NCBI GenBank assembly: GCA_965224705.1
Contig: OZ245056.1
Location: forward strand, 2,368,001 to 2,432,000
Length of the DNA: 64,000 nucleotides
Source: Spirochaetaceae bacterium
Lineage (GTDB): Bacteria > Spirochaetota > Spirochaetia > DSM-2461
Reading direction: 5' to 3'
The notes below the pieces were generated by a model that saw only the letters and a program-made list of their open reading frames with translations, did no database searches and was not told the origin of the DNA. The position numbers were made by a program, and so were the translations under genes. Positions 10,601 to 19,155 of the stretch are shown piece by piece. Numbering within the stretch: position 1 is the stretch's first letter; each line of letters starts with the position of its first letter.

Positions 10601-13600
10601 AATGGATTTGATGAACCTGACAGGGAATCCAGTGTCAGTGGAGATCCTTCTGAAATAAAAGAATTAAGGAGGGTACGGAGTTTCTATGGCTACAAATTTG
10701 AGAAAACAAATCATGACTATTACATGGATATGATTGAGCAGGTTGATAGATCGTCGGAGTATATGAGCGAGGAAGAATTAAAGCAGCCCCTGTACCGATT
10801 GAGAGATGATGAAGAACGTCTATCCCGACTCAAACAGTTTTTCGGGATTGAACCTGCTGCTGATGGGATGCAGACGTATGAAGATCTTCTCCACCAACTT
10901 CTTGTTTTTATGAGCCGAAAAGATAGGAGCACCCTTGCCCAATGGCTTAACAGTGTTACCTATGAAACCGCACATTTCTGGAAGCATTTCCCCAGGAAAG
11001 GGAGTTCCGATTACGCCTATTCCATGGCCATGCGTTACAGTGTCTTTGGTAAGAGTCCTGAAGAGGTATACGGTGGGCGGATCAGGGAAGAATCTTCAGG
11101 AGCTTCTTATAATGTCTATATAAACTCATTCCAATCTGACTTTGAAGCCATTGAATCGAAAAGAGATACTCTCTATCAGTTCTTTAAATTCGCCGTGCTC
11201 AGTAACAAACTGAAGAGTTCATCGCCAATTATCAGCTTTCAGAGAATGAATGAGAGCCTGGGACAGATGCTGCTTTACGTGTATACAGAAAGGCGGGTTA
11301 GTAGTTGGTGGGATCGATTCTGGACTCCCCATGCCCACAGCGTAGCTCGAAAAAAGGCGGATGAGAACAGGGATTATTATACGGAACAGGCTCAAACTTT
11401 CCTCAACCTGTCCCGTGAATATGCAGATCTCACTCGAAAAGAGTCCTCGATAAAATCTCAATTGAATATTGTCAATGGAAAGGATGATCTGGGCATGCAG
11501 CAGCTCTTCACCGCACTGGGAGAAGCTGTATGGCATGCTTCTACTCGCCAGAAATTGGAGTTGGCGGACTGGTTACAAATAACAGAAGACCATGAATCCT
11601 TCCCTGATAAATGGACGGCCTCCCAATGGGCTGCAAACCTGGCCATCTGCTTTGCTCCCCTGACGAACACCCTGAACCCCACTGTTCTTGATGCAGCCGG
11701 AAGCTTTGGTCAGTTGATGGATTTACTGGTCGGGATTTCTACAATCCAGCGTGAATCCAGGGAAAATACCCGGAATACCTATCTCTACGGCCTGAATGGA
11801 ATTGCCGAAAACCATGAAAACAATGTTCTCGAGTTCAAAGAAGCCTGGAAGGATTTCCAGAAATCCGGCCTCCTGCCCCTTAAGAACTATAATCTGGATG
11901 ATGCGGAATCCAGATTGAACAGGTGGACTGTCAACGGGGAAAAATCAGATCTTGCGCCTCACATTCAGTACTACCTGAATCAGTATGTCCGGGATGCCGT
12001 CCCGGTTTCTCAAATCCAGATCGATCTTCAGACGGCAATGATGAAATACAGGGATCTCATCGGTGAGAATCCCCTGGAGGCCAATCAAGCCTTCATGGAA
12101 GCGGCCGAATACTTCTCGACGATACTGCAGAATTACCGTATCGGGGAAACCTTCATCGCATCGGCCCGTCAAGCCTGGAGTCAACCGGTGTTCAATAAGC
12201 GGGATATCCTGACAGATTCATGGAATGCGGACAAAACTCTTTATGAGGAACTTCTTTCCGGCAGTAATTCCCAGGGCATCCTGGCGAGCAGATATATTCT
12301 GCCCGGATTGAAGGAAATACTGGGTTCCGTGTTCAATGCCCGAATGGATGGCTGGCAGGAAGTTCGTCTGGCCCGGATGTCTGATATGGTGAAGGAAGGA
12401 CAGCTTCAACACGAGCAATGGAATAAGCAGATGCAGGCCATCCTTGCCCGGGGGAAGATGGAATGGCAGCTTGCCAGAATCCGGCTTGAGGCTGAAAGAG
12501 AAAACTGGAAGGAGGATTTTCAAAACAGTTTTCAGGAGAATCTGGAGGCCTGGAATCTTCAATACCAGCTTTTTCTGGAGAAAAAAACATCCTGGGTGTC
12601 TCAAACAACAAAGCAGGCGGTGAATATTGGCGACAGGGATATCCTTCTCCGATTCGGTGCCGCTGCCCGGGAATCTATTGCGGAAGCGGAAAAATTCGTC
12701 ATGCCTGACTTGCCGGATCCCCCCGATCTCAGTAATTTCATGGGCCGCATACTGGATACCACCCTCCTTGCCGGTCTGCTTGAAAATGCACATGGGTTAA
12801 ATGATGGCATTGATGCCATAGAGCCGGTTGTATTTACTTCTCTGACTGAAAACAGCTACCTCACCGGGGACATTCTGGACAAGATTCGTTTCTACCAGAC
12901 AGAAGAAAACGAAGAACTCAGTGCACGAATGGCATTAATTCAGTATGAACGCATGCTTGACACCCTTCATAAGGCTGTTAAGGGTCTCAGGGAGAGTGTT
13001 CACACAGCGAACGCCGATTTTGCTGACAGCATGAAGAACATGCTCATGGCTGGTGGTTTCAAGCGGGTGGGGAAAAATTTTATAAAGAACACAATGGTAA
13101 CTTCCACTCTGTGGGAAACCAAATACGCCGATCATTACATCGAAGGCAGCAGTGACTACGAACCCAATATAAGAAATCTCAGCAAAGAAATGGTTCCCGT
13201 CAGTGATTCCCTTATCGAAGAGTTTGGTTATGTCGGCATACAGGCTCTTCTTGACAGGGCTGTCCAGGGCCTTGAAGATGAGCAGAAACGCATTTTTGGC
13301 GGCGAGGCCGTTTACATAGCTCAAACAATGACTGAGTACTCAGAGAAATACGACGAGTATGATAACAGCAGTAAAAAATGGATAACACGTACCCGTACCT
13401 GGTATGAGGTTGATCCTGATGAAACCATCAGTGCAGAAGAATACAGAAAGCAGGTTCGAGCATGGGAGAATGCCGATTCCGATCAGCAGTCCCGATCCCG
13501 TTACATCAAGCAGAACGGAGGAGAATTCAACGCCCACATTGGCTATGCTCCTCAATTCAAGCCCCAGCCTGACACAAATTTACGCCTTTCTGACTGGAAG

Positions 13601-16060
13601 CAGAATGTCCGCTTCACGGGATCCGGGGAACAGGGCCGTATCATTGGCCTTTTCTCCCAGCATCAACTGATTGAAGCCGTCGCTATCGCTGAATTCAATA
13701 AACCTTTCTATGAGAAAAAACTCTGGGATGACCGTTTCATCGATTTCAAGTCCTTGAGTCTCCGATCAGTTGTTGATATCAGTACAGCCATTGCCGCTGC
13801 TGTAGTCAGTACCGTTGCGACAGTTGTTGTTCCTGCCGCTGGAATTCCGATGATGATGGCAACAGCCGCCCTGACGGCCGGTATTACACTGACCGATGAT
13901 CTGGTTTTTTCAATAGCTGATATGGCAACCGGTTACCGCACACCTGCACAGGCCATGGAAAGTCTGGTGAAAAAAAACTTATCCACCTTTGCCTCAAGTG
14001 CCATCGGTTCCATCGGGTCCGGAATCTTTGAAGGTGCCGGTGCCCTGGGAAAATCTCTCATCGTAGCCGCCCGGACCGGTACAAATCAGGTGGCAGTTTC
14101 CACGATTAACGCCATAGATTTCACGGCCGCTGATGGTGACTTCTTTGATGAAGATGCTTTTTTGGGAGGATTGAATCCAGGAAGTATCGTCATGGGTATG
14201 GCCGGGAGTTTTGTTCAATTCAGCCTGAATGAAGTCAATCTCGCAGGTTATCTTGGAATGGATTACAAACAGGGTCAGATTCTGCACCGAACCATTGGTA
14301 CAGGTGTCAATGCCTCACTGGAATACGGTTTTCAGGGAGAAACTTCTCTGAATCTTCTGAGCTTTTCGGACTTTTTCATGCCGTTCTCCGGGGATGGAAA
14401 GGCTGCTTCGAATTCCAGGATCTTCAACAGTTTTGCTCATGTTGATGTCGGGCTCTTACAGGTTAATCTGGGACAGGATGGTATAACCGCCAACATTGGA
14501 ATGGGTGGGCATCGGATGAATGCCGGTGCCATAGTCCATGCCATCAACGGACTTGACATTTATAGAGAGAATGCCCGTATTGCCCGTTCCAATATCGATG
14601 ATGATCTAACAGTCGCCATGCGGACCCTATACTCTGCCCGGGCTGAGAATGGAGGAACCCGGGTCATGAGAGATCTCTATGAGGACATTCTTGTCGGGAA
14701 AAGGGCCAGGCTGCGGACAGCAAACCGTCAGACATATGATGGAAAAACCGAACTACTCGGTGGGATACGTGTCATTAATTTGAACAAAGAGGGAAAGAGC
14801 GATTTTGATCTGGCTGTACTTCTTGCTCACGAGGCCTGGCGGGATGGAATTGATTCGGGAGAACTGGCCAATAAGATCGAAACCTCGAATGCGGCCTTTG
14901 GGCACATGAGTGTTGCGGCACAGATTGCTTCCACCTATGGATACGACTCTCTGAATGAACATAATGCTGATGAAGCCCGTGCCTTCAATGAAGCCGGTAT
15001 CAGTGGTGACTGGAATGAAGTTGGTGGAATGGTTGAACGATATGATTGGAGTGGAGAGTATTGGAAGTTAATCAGGAAAGAAGATGCATCGTATAAAATT
15101 GTATGGGATGGGGAAAAGAATCTGTATGATGAGAATGGAAATCTTCTTTCCATTGATACAACGGATTCCTATGCCCTGAGTCTTTCAAAATACCTGGGGT
15201 TAGCCAGAACAAATGACTGGCGCAGGGCGGCAGTTCTATTGACGGATAAGGGTGTCAATATAAACAAAGAACGAAATGGATACGTACAGAGCCGTGAGCA
15301 TCGGCAGGAAAATGGTCGGTTGGGTCTGGATGAAATACTCTCTTTCAATGTGGGAAGCAAGAGGCAGGGAGAAATCGATTCCTACCTGTCATCCCGTAAG
15401 CAATACATAAATAAATACAATATGTGGGATATGGTCAATCTTGATGGCAGGTTGTCGAAAATTGGAGGAAAACATGTCCGGAACAGAGCTGAAAGAGCTC
15501 GGATTGACTTCTATCAGGATGTCGCTTCGAATCCTGAGAATCTATGGAAAATGAGAGGAAATTCCCTGACCAATCCTGTGCAGACAGTTGAAGATGGTCA
15601 GGAGACCTATATTACTGTTGCAGACAGGTATAATTATACGGATGAAGCCGGTGTTCATTACAACGGAATCCATAGGGTTTTATTCAGCGAAAACAAAGCT
15701 GTGGATATTGGGAGTCAGGGAATATCCAGCCCGGTATTCACAATCGGCCCTACCACCTTCATGCGTCCGCGATGGCAAAACGTTGACAAAAAAGACTCCG
15801 GATATGGATATTTTGCATCAGGTTTGAGTCGTAACTTCGGATTTATATCAGGTCACTTGAATGATAATAACAGTATTCAGAAGGATTTAGATCATTTATT
15901 TGATAATGCGGACCAGGCGGGATTTAATGTTGTTCAACTACCTGATTACACTTCCTATGGGATGACCGGAACTACCGGGAACTCCACAGCCATACATCTT
16001 CATTATGAGGTAGGCCATTATGACACTATGTATGAGCGTTTGCGGAAGTGGCTGCCTTAG
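4670..16060 (+). CDS. Giant (3796 aa) secreted helical/coiled-coil protein with a C-terminal M23-peptidase-like domain
   Basis: Uninterrupted 11.4-kb ORF. Signal-peptide-like N-terminus, long E/K/R/W-rich coiled-coil tracts, Ala/Val/Gly hydrophobic segment (~13770-14100), LAHEAWRDG motif, terminal GTTGNSTAIHLHYEV (M23 HxH-like). Confidence 0.8.
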   Translation: MKNRFFHWLPTSGVWSYRFASLLFTCVIISWSVFPQTIPLLPSTNHALLEVYIDQAASTRTRNDWLRIARGGFESVLAEWEAAAALVITDSRVLQSGRKKVLKDLEQSLSTGLSEWAVTQFRNQHDPRGFSDFWVQMREAALTATFESRSGEFIKDEKGRLVVIKADRETLAEDSAAFKNFWDELIDQKVDDWYSGAQTAFSELLLDFGSEEAAILETYRQSTLSSLKQSYSRELSKMTRLTESAMIHYRLKNIVDSDSDAGGQDVIPSETRAMLNQVQNDAEAGLTRLKDGLNVNQDAPEVKKADIDAARWRASFREELEKGILLWREAEERLLMNRIEWEKKAGYDLVLTRKRWDKAFRELAEANEKWLDDYQRIWNEGQDRWEIQSRQMQNTLENARSEMASNINGRHDSMVQRVSTLVDILGQSLIMMSTARENFAYWMNKAAPYSQQTLEQVSWDIEDLRARYNRAVNLKKYSHGLRWSFLFFNDKAGEQARYWLEDIYNVYLERAQDVRADLYQTYNLSVFGESGLDEMGLKDLTSELKNGQWEQIFLDDYQVELLKARAAASYWEKELEIAAAVTRYAEKPSSILGSEEEKNEVDRAWTESFDAYQKALETYQAGIKKLEMANLDLKENSRKLTEVQKILTGYREELAEARAVYQNEILLKELDSSRYFKEQIRDSYVRLLELYGLTDDEKKSTESFYMDYLNKNRAYEGEFSLSQTSLLVTELIEGDPGRIPPILSLQDLGVRYENARDWNTANLFSASRLNPDFMEKFQKAWNLSIDEEVYLKATKLVKGLSAQYDADGTLDTEAMVIFQADIAAITAGLLRNYRTELESVVNQIVLLTSEHIFEDTGWAGSSVDLSRAESEEDVKSALKDEAQRAKFTLIADRITFDKEVLFKLKQNLDNWMAGGLKETDFRPIQPNDINDQQSVLAWIYYSSLHENASFSVRLKKDLEFLAELEEVAGEEETIKNFSSLAEAFRQLIPANPLASIYINGRSLLMRNDEDYGAIFLADQFSTHDQSVQGISHWNIFGPYSVSGRQMAEKSTIAEIYRIISRHGLADSSDGAWQFLNPETVWENAHFQSREEVSHMLVHLSRDLEDMPTARPVTEHVMEALERWQKSLEDYFLVKSHSFSDDLDEEEIQTRLEELEAAREVVKMNTQRHSRIESTSEPLMMLALSILIHPNESSASETFIRISASELAGMLTDLNSDLDAESTWLPLLTDLKETLGIQPDDEVAGVLDDHFLPARILAAQYVREASGIARGEAAYADQILYSRLTGLSLESYASMIGQFESENSPGELLNDSYASRGNLDELQNNTAWEDILAPALSDLPGSKLYQATLAEILITLTDEPTARWYLAQEGIDINFDSTGYSRHYALDERAALFFLKREALWGTLTDEKKEEFSLSDESARELEKFSLIAEALHRYIPAVDGNLIEYLGGINGISESEAGIILSDRWNDLYFQKSIQERTLSDADQFLWVNSSLDSLNQYHKAAAFSQVSHLAEKTRNTLAAESKSLDREDSRLKYAVRRNELREKSPGIWRLYLDAKYMQLRENEEWSGSIGETEEFRTGETEFIDRVPLYQGESLPLDSRRTIYQAKDRTQAALLETFNQLALTTDKLNDVLKTRDEESISDSSMERFKLWAEELSSRIGTHFEPEKDPVPTDVFQVNQSLKIEVESSRSEWHRRESEISSLQSKIRSFGQSISNWIENIDQQSRPFITGSQQVIKDLNVKIDAVEERWKNLIGPKDDPQADTYRGAEYRYSRSYNEVQSSLKSLDAAKQNFKKSKAIRDYSSSYHLYLGRDIASEERPADRGESLQMDELQQIIDAARPEKYLGQVSTQYHRSRIVVETLENIQQKTADSLSERDSLYRKQSEEVNSARRLEVALKSLSNVLTDYTEKTLGEYERIYQKREAVLRKFTLDLGDEDDFIYNFRTDPGGSKLMEEQVLLNGMDVHWDRDGRAHITFDLNGFDEPDRESSVSGDPSEIKELRRVRSFYGYKFEKTNHDYYMDMIEQVDRSSEYMSEEELKQPLYRLRDDEERLSRLKQFFGIEPAADGMQTYEDLLHQLLVFMSRKDRSTLAQWLNSVTYETAHFWKHFPRKGSSDYAYSMAMRYSVFGKSPEEVYGGRIREESSGASYNVYINSFQSDFEAIESKRDTLYQFFKFAVLSNKLKSSSPIISFQRMNESLGQMLLYVYTERRVSSWWDRFWTPHAHSVARKKADENRDYYTEQAQTFLNLSREYADLTRKESSIKSQLNIVNGKDDLGMQQLFTALGEAVWHASTRQKLELADWLQITEDHESFPDKWTASQWAANLAICFAPLTNTLNPTVLDAAGSFGQLMDLLVGISTIQRESRENTRNTYLYGLNGIAENHENNVLEFKEAWKDFQKSGLLPLKNYNLDDAESRLNRWTVNGEKSDLAPHIQYYLNQYVRDAVPVSQIQIDLQTAMMKYRDLIGENPLEANQAFMEAAEYFSTILQNYRIGETFIASARQAWSQPVFNKRDILTDSWNADKTLYEELLSGSNSQGILASRYILPGLKEILGSVFNARMDGWQEVRLARMSDMVKEGQLQHEQWNKQMQAILARGKMEWQLARIRLEAERENWKEDFQNSFQENLEAWNLQYQLFLEKKTSWVSQTTKQAVNIGDRDILLRFGAAARESIAEAEKFVMPDLPDPPDLSNFMGRILDTTLLAGLLENAHGLNDGIDAIEPVVFTSLTENSYLTGDILDKIRFYQTEENEELSARMALIQYERMLDTLHKAVKGLRESVHTANADFADSMKNMLMAGGFKRVGKNFIKNTMVTSTLWETKYADHYIEGSSDYEPNIRNLSKEMVPVSDSLIEEFGYVGIQALLDRAVQGLEDEQKRIFGGEAVYIAQTMTEYSEKYDEYDNSSKKWITRTRTWYEVDPDETISAEEYRKQVRAWENADSDQQSRSRYIKQNGGEFNAHIGYAPQFKPQPDTNLRLSDWKQNVRFTGSGEQGRIIGLFSQHQLIEAVAIAEFNKPFYEKKLWDDRFIDFKSLSLRSVVDISTAIAAAVVSTVATVVVPAAGIPMMMATAALTAGITLTDDLVFSIADMATGYRTPAQAMESLVKKNLSTFASSAIGSIGSGIFEGAGALGKSLIVAARTGTNQVAVSTINAIDFTAADGDFFDEDAFLGGLNPGSIVMGMAGSFVQFSLNEVNLAGYLGMDYKQGQILHRTIGTGVNASLEYGFQGETSLNLLSFSDFFMPFSGDGKAASNSRIFNSFAHVDVGLLQVNLGQDGITANIGMGGHRMNAGAIVHAINGLDIYRENARIARSNIDDDLTVAMRTLYSARAENGGTRVMRDLYEDILVGKRARLRTANRQTYDGKTELLGGIRVINLNKEGKSDFDLAVLLAHEAWRDGIDSGELANKIETSNAAFGHMSVAAQIASTYGYDSLNEHNADEARAFNEAGISGDWNEVGGMVERYDWSGEYWKLIRKEDASYKIVWDGEKNLYDENGNLLSIDTTDSYALSLSKYLGLARTNDWRRAAVLLTDKGVNINKERNGYVQSREHRQENGRLGLDEILSFNVGSKRQGEIDSYLSSRKQYINKYNMWDMVNLDGRLSKIGGKHVRNRAERARIDFYQDVASNPENLWKMRGNSLTNPVQTVEDGQETYITVADRYNYTDEAGVHYNGIHRVLFSENKAVDIGSQGISSPVFTIGPTTFMRPRWQNVDKKDSGYGYFASGLSRNFGFISGHLNDNNSIQKDLDHLFDNADQAGFNVVQLPDYTSYGMTGTTGNSTAIHLHYEVGHYDTMYERLRKWLP

Positions 16061-16318
16061 AGCCTGTCGGACTTACGTCTCACGGCTCAATTTTTGCCCT
16101 TCTCTCCAGAAGCAAGCCTCCTGCTTGCTTCTGGAGAGCCGCCTTCGTTTTCTCGCTATCGCTCGGCACTCTCTCAGGATGCGAGTCCATAGACTCGCAT
16201 ACCCTGCTGCTGCGTTGCCAAAATACTCACGCAGCCCAGCTACGCTTAAGTTTTTGTCGCCTTGCATCAGGAAGAAATCATCAAAAATCGCCTCAAAGCC
16301 TTAAAGTCCGACAGACTC
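16060..16318. mobile_element. MITE copy B (about 259 bp), inverted relative to copy A
   Basis: GAGCCTGTCGGACTTA...AAGTCCGACAGACTC. The body matches the reverse complement of 3541-3704 plus about 97 extra nt containing hairpins 16102-16138 and 16179-16200. Confidence 0.85.
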
Positions 16319-16390
16319 CTCAGGAGATGCGGGTCGAATCTGCTGTTCGAGTTATGGGCAATTCGGGGGGTTCCCCCCAGGGCCTGGGAT

Positions 16391-16399
16391 TGGTACACT
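16391..16399 (+). promoter_or_regulatory. Possible extended -10 promoter for the cys cluster
   Basis: TGGTACACT (TGn-TACACT) about 80 nt upstream of the cysD ATG; no clear -35. Confidence 0.3.
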
Positions 16400-16409
16400 A
16401 ATCATCCTA

Positions 16410-16464
16410 GGAGCCTGTCGAACTTCCGCCTTGCGGCGCAAAGTCTTAAAGTCCGACAGACTCC
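16410..16464. mobile_element. Minimal MITE copy C (55 bp)
   Basis: GGAGCCTGTCGAACTT...AAGTCTTAAAGTCCGACAGACTCC; same ends as copies A and B. Confidence 0.8.
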
Positions 16465-16477
16465 TGGAAGTGATATT

Positions 16478-17359
16478 ATGGATCAAATTACACAACTTGA
16501 AAGTCTTGGTATTCATATACTTCGGGAAGCATATGCTAATTTCACCAATCTCTGTATGCTGTGGTCAATTGGAAAAGACTCGACAGTACTCCTGTGGTTA
16601 GCCCGCAAGGCCTTCCATGGTCATGTTCCTTTTCCCCTGGTTCACATTGATACGCATTACAAGATTCCTGAGATGATTGAATACAGGGACAGGCTTACCC
16701 GTGAGTGGCATCTGCCAATGGTTTACGGCGAGAACAGGGCCGCTCTTGAAGCCCGGCAAACCTTTCCCGATGGCAATGTCGACCGTATCACCTGCTGTCG
16801 TCTGCTCAAGTCAGAAGCTCTCAGGAATACTCTGAACGGCACATGGCCGCGGTATCGATACAATCATCAGGATGGTGAGTACCAGGTGGACAGGGATACG
16901 GAGGCCTACACCGGAGTCATTGTGGGGGTAAGATCGGATGAGGAGGGATCCCGGTCCAAAGAAAGATACTTCTCTCCCCGGGATACGGAGAATATCTGGG
17001 AGGTGGAAGATCAACCTCCAGAGTTCTGGAACCAGTTCAAAACAGATTTTGCTCCGAATACTCATATCCGTATTCATCCCCTGCTGGATTGGACTGAAAC
17101 GAATATCTGGGAATACATAGAACGTGAATCCATTGCAACTGTTTCCCTCTACTACGATCAGGGAGATGGCCGACGGTACAGATCCCTGGGGTGTGGACCC
17201 TGTACCCATGCGGTGAAATCCGGCGCAAAAAACGTTCAGGACATCATCACTGAATTGAAGTCAGGTCAATTCTCAAATATTGCCGAGCGTTCAGGACGGG
17301 CCCAGGACAAAGAAGATGGCGGGGGACTGGAAACACTTCGCCGTGAAGGTTACATGTAG
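16478..17359 (+). CDS. cysD: Sulfate adenylyltransferase subunit 2
   Basis: [12 protein letters not shown] (PP-loop), [30 protein letters not shown]...LRREGYM. Start moved to ATG 16478 because the ORF-track extension runs through MITEs. Confidence 0.9.
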   Translation: MDQITQLESLGIHILREAYANFTNLCMLWSIGKDSTVLLWLARKAFHGHVPFPLVHIDTHYKIPEMIEYRDRLTREWHLPMVYGENRAALEARQTFPDGNVDRITCCRLLKSEALRNTLNGTWPRYRYNHQDGEYQVDRDTEAYTGVIVGVRSDEEGSRSKERYFSPRDTENIWEVEDQPPEFWNQFKTDFAPNTHIRIHPLLDWTETNIWEYIERESIATVSLYYDQGDGRRYRSLGCGPCTHAVKSGAKNVQDIITELKSGQFSNIAERSGRAQDKEDGGGLETLRREGYM

Positions 17360-19155
17360 TGACCGAACAGATGAATGTGGTTATCACTGGCCATGTTGAC
17401 CACGGAAAGAGTACTGTAATCGGTCGTTTGATGGCGGATACAGGCAGTTTACCGGATGGAAAACTCGAGCAGGTACAGGCTTCATGCCGCCGGAACTCAA
17501 AACCCTTTGAATATGCGTTCCTCCTGGATGCCCTCAAAGATGAACAGAGCCAGGGCATAACCATTGATTCGGCCCGGGTCTTCTTCAACACCAAGAAGCG
17601 TCACTACATCATAATTGACGCCCCCGGTCATATTGAATTCCTCAAAAACATGGTGACAGGAGCATCCAGGGCGGAAGCTGCCTTTCTCTGCATTGATGCT
17701 CATGAAGGAGTGCAGGAAAACTCCAAACGGCATGGGTACCTCCTATCCATGCTTGGAATCAAGCAGATATGTGTTCTGGTGAACAAGATGGATCTTGTAA
17801 ACTACGATTCCAGAACCTTCAAATCCGTTGTTCGGAAGTTTTCCCGGTTCCTACGGAATATCAATATGAGAAATGTTCCGTTTATACCGGTTTCCGGCAT
17901 GAACGGAGATAATATTACAACCATCAGCCAGGCAATGCCATGGTGGGATGGCCATACAGTTCTTTCCCTCATTGATTCATTTCAGAAGGAAGAGATTCCA
18001 TTGAACATGCCCTTCCGCATGCCGGTTCAGGGAGTGTATAAGTTTACGGCACTGGAAGATAACCGTCGCATTGTTGCCGGAACAGTTTCTTCGGGAACTC
18101 TTAAAAAAGGTGATGAGATTGTCTTTTATCCATCGGGGAAGAGAAGTCATATAGCCAGTATAGAGGATTTTCCGGACAAAAAGATTGAAGCAGTTGGAGC
18201 AGGTGAGGCAACGGGTTTCACCCTGACCGAACAGATTTACATCAAGCGCGGAGATCTTGCCGCAAAGTCAGATGAAAAACCTCCACTGTCCGGGAACTTG
18301 ATCAGGGTTAATCTTTTCTGGCTTGGTAAAAAACCTCTGGTCCGGGACAGGGAGTACTTCCTGAAAATAGGTACTGAGCGGGTCCGAATGCAGCTGGTGG
18401 ATACTATGAAAGTGATTGATGCTTCCAATCTTAATACTGATGGAATGAAGAAGATGGTTGAGCGTCATGATGTGGCGGACTGTGTTCTCACGACCCAACG
18501 TCCCATTGCTTTCGATCTGGTTGAAGATTTTCCCCAGACCAGTCGCTTTGTTATTGTCGATGGGTATGAAATTGCCGGAGGCGGCATTATTAATCAGTCT
18601 CTCCGGGGAAGAATTGCCCAGTACAGAGACCAGGTTATGAACCGGAACCTTAAATGGGATGTGGGTAATATTACCAGAGTGAGCCGAAGCGAGAAGTATG
18701 GACATCAATCAGCCCTGATTCTTGTTGGAGGACCTGAGGACAGACGCAAAGCAAATTTTGCACGAACTGTTGAAGAAAGGCTTTTCAACCTTGAAACCAA
18801 GGTGTACTACCTGGGAGTTCAGAATGTTCTGGCTGGCCTGGAATCTGATCTGGTTGTAAAAAGAGATGCCATTTACCCGAAGGACAGGGATGAAATGATA
18901 CGCCGCCTTGCTGAGTTGAGCAATATCCTTGTGGATGCCGGTATTGTTCTTGTGGCAACAGTATCTGAATTGAGTCAGGAAGAACAGGAGATTTTTACAA
19001 CTTCTGTTTCTCCAGTATCCGTTTTTACTATCTGGGTTGGCTCAGCAGAAGGTTCCGCTGTGAATGCGGACTACATAATTGAGAAGACGGAGACAGCTCC
19101 CGATCATCTGGATCCTGTGATGAAACTGCTTAAAGAGAAAGGAATTGGAATATGA
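17359..19155 (+). CDS. cysN: Sulfate adenylyltransferase subunit 1 (GTPase) with a degenerate APS-kinase-like C-terminus
   Basis: [50 protein letters not shown]. The C-terminal CysC-like region lacks GxSGSGKS. Confidence 0.88.
   Translation: MTEQMNVVITGHVDHGKSTVIGRLMADTGSLPDGKLEQVQASCRRNSKPFEYAFLLDALKDEQSQGITIDSARVFFNTKKRHYIIIDAPGHIEFLKNMVTGASRAEAAFLCIDAHEGVQENSKRHGYLLSMLGIKQICVLVNKMDLVNYDSRTFKSVVRKFSRFLRNINMRNVPFIPVSGMNGDNITTISQAMPWWDGHTVLSLIDSFQKEEIPLNMPFRMPVQGVYKFTALEDNRRIVAGTVSSGTLKKGDEIVFYPSGKRSHIASIEDFPDKKIEAVGAGEATGFTLTEQIYIKRGDLAAKSDEKPPLSGNLIRVNLFWLGKKPLVRDREYFLKIGTERVRMQLVDTMKVIDASNLNTDGMKKMVERHDVADCVLTTQRPIAFDLVEDFPQTSRFVIVDGYEIAGGGIINQSLRGRIAQYRDQVMNRNLKWDVGNITRVSRSEKYGHQSALILVGGPEDRRKANFARTVEERLFNLETKVYYLGVQNVLAGLESDLVVKRDAIYPKDRDEMIRRLAELSNILVDAGIVLVATVSELSQEEQEIFTTSVSPVSVFTIWVGSAEGSAVNADYIIEKTETAPDHLDPVMKLLKEKGIGI

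Noticed and set aside
14000..16060. Intein/HINT domain in the giant protein
   Set aside because: No C-F/L start or terminal HN motif was seen.
16048..16477. ORF-track ORFs 16020-16304, 16048-16401, 16073-16267 and the 72-aa CysD N-terminal extension (also 3593-3781)
   Set aside because: They are translations of MITE sequence, which explains the near-identical peptides at ~3600 and ~16200. They are not immunity genes.
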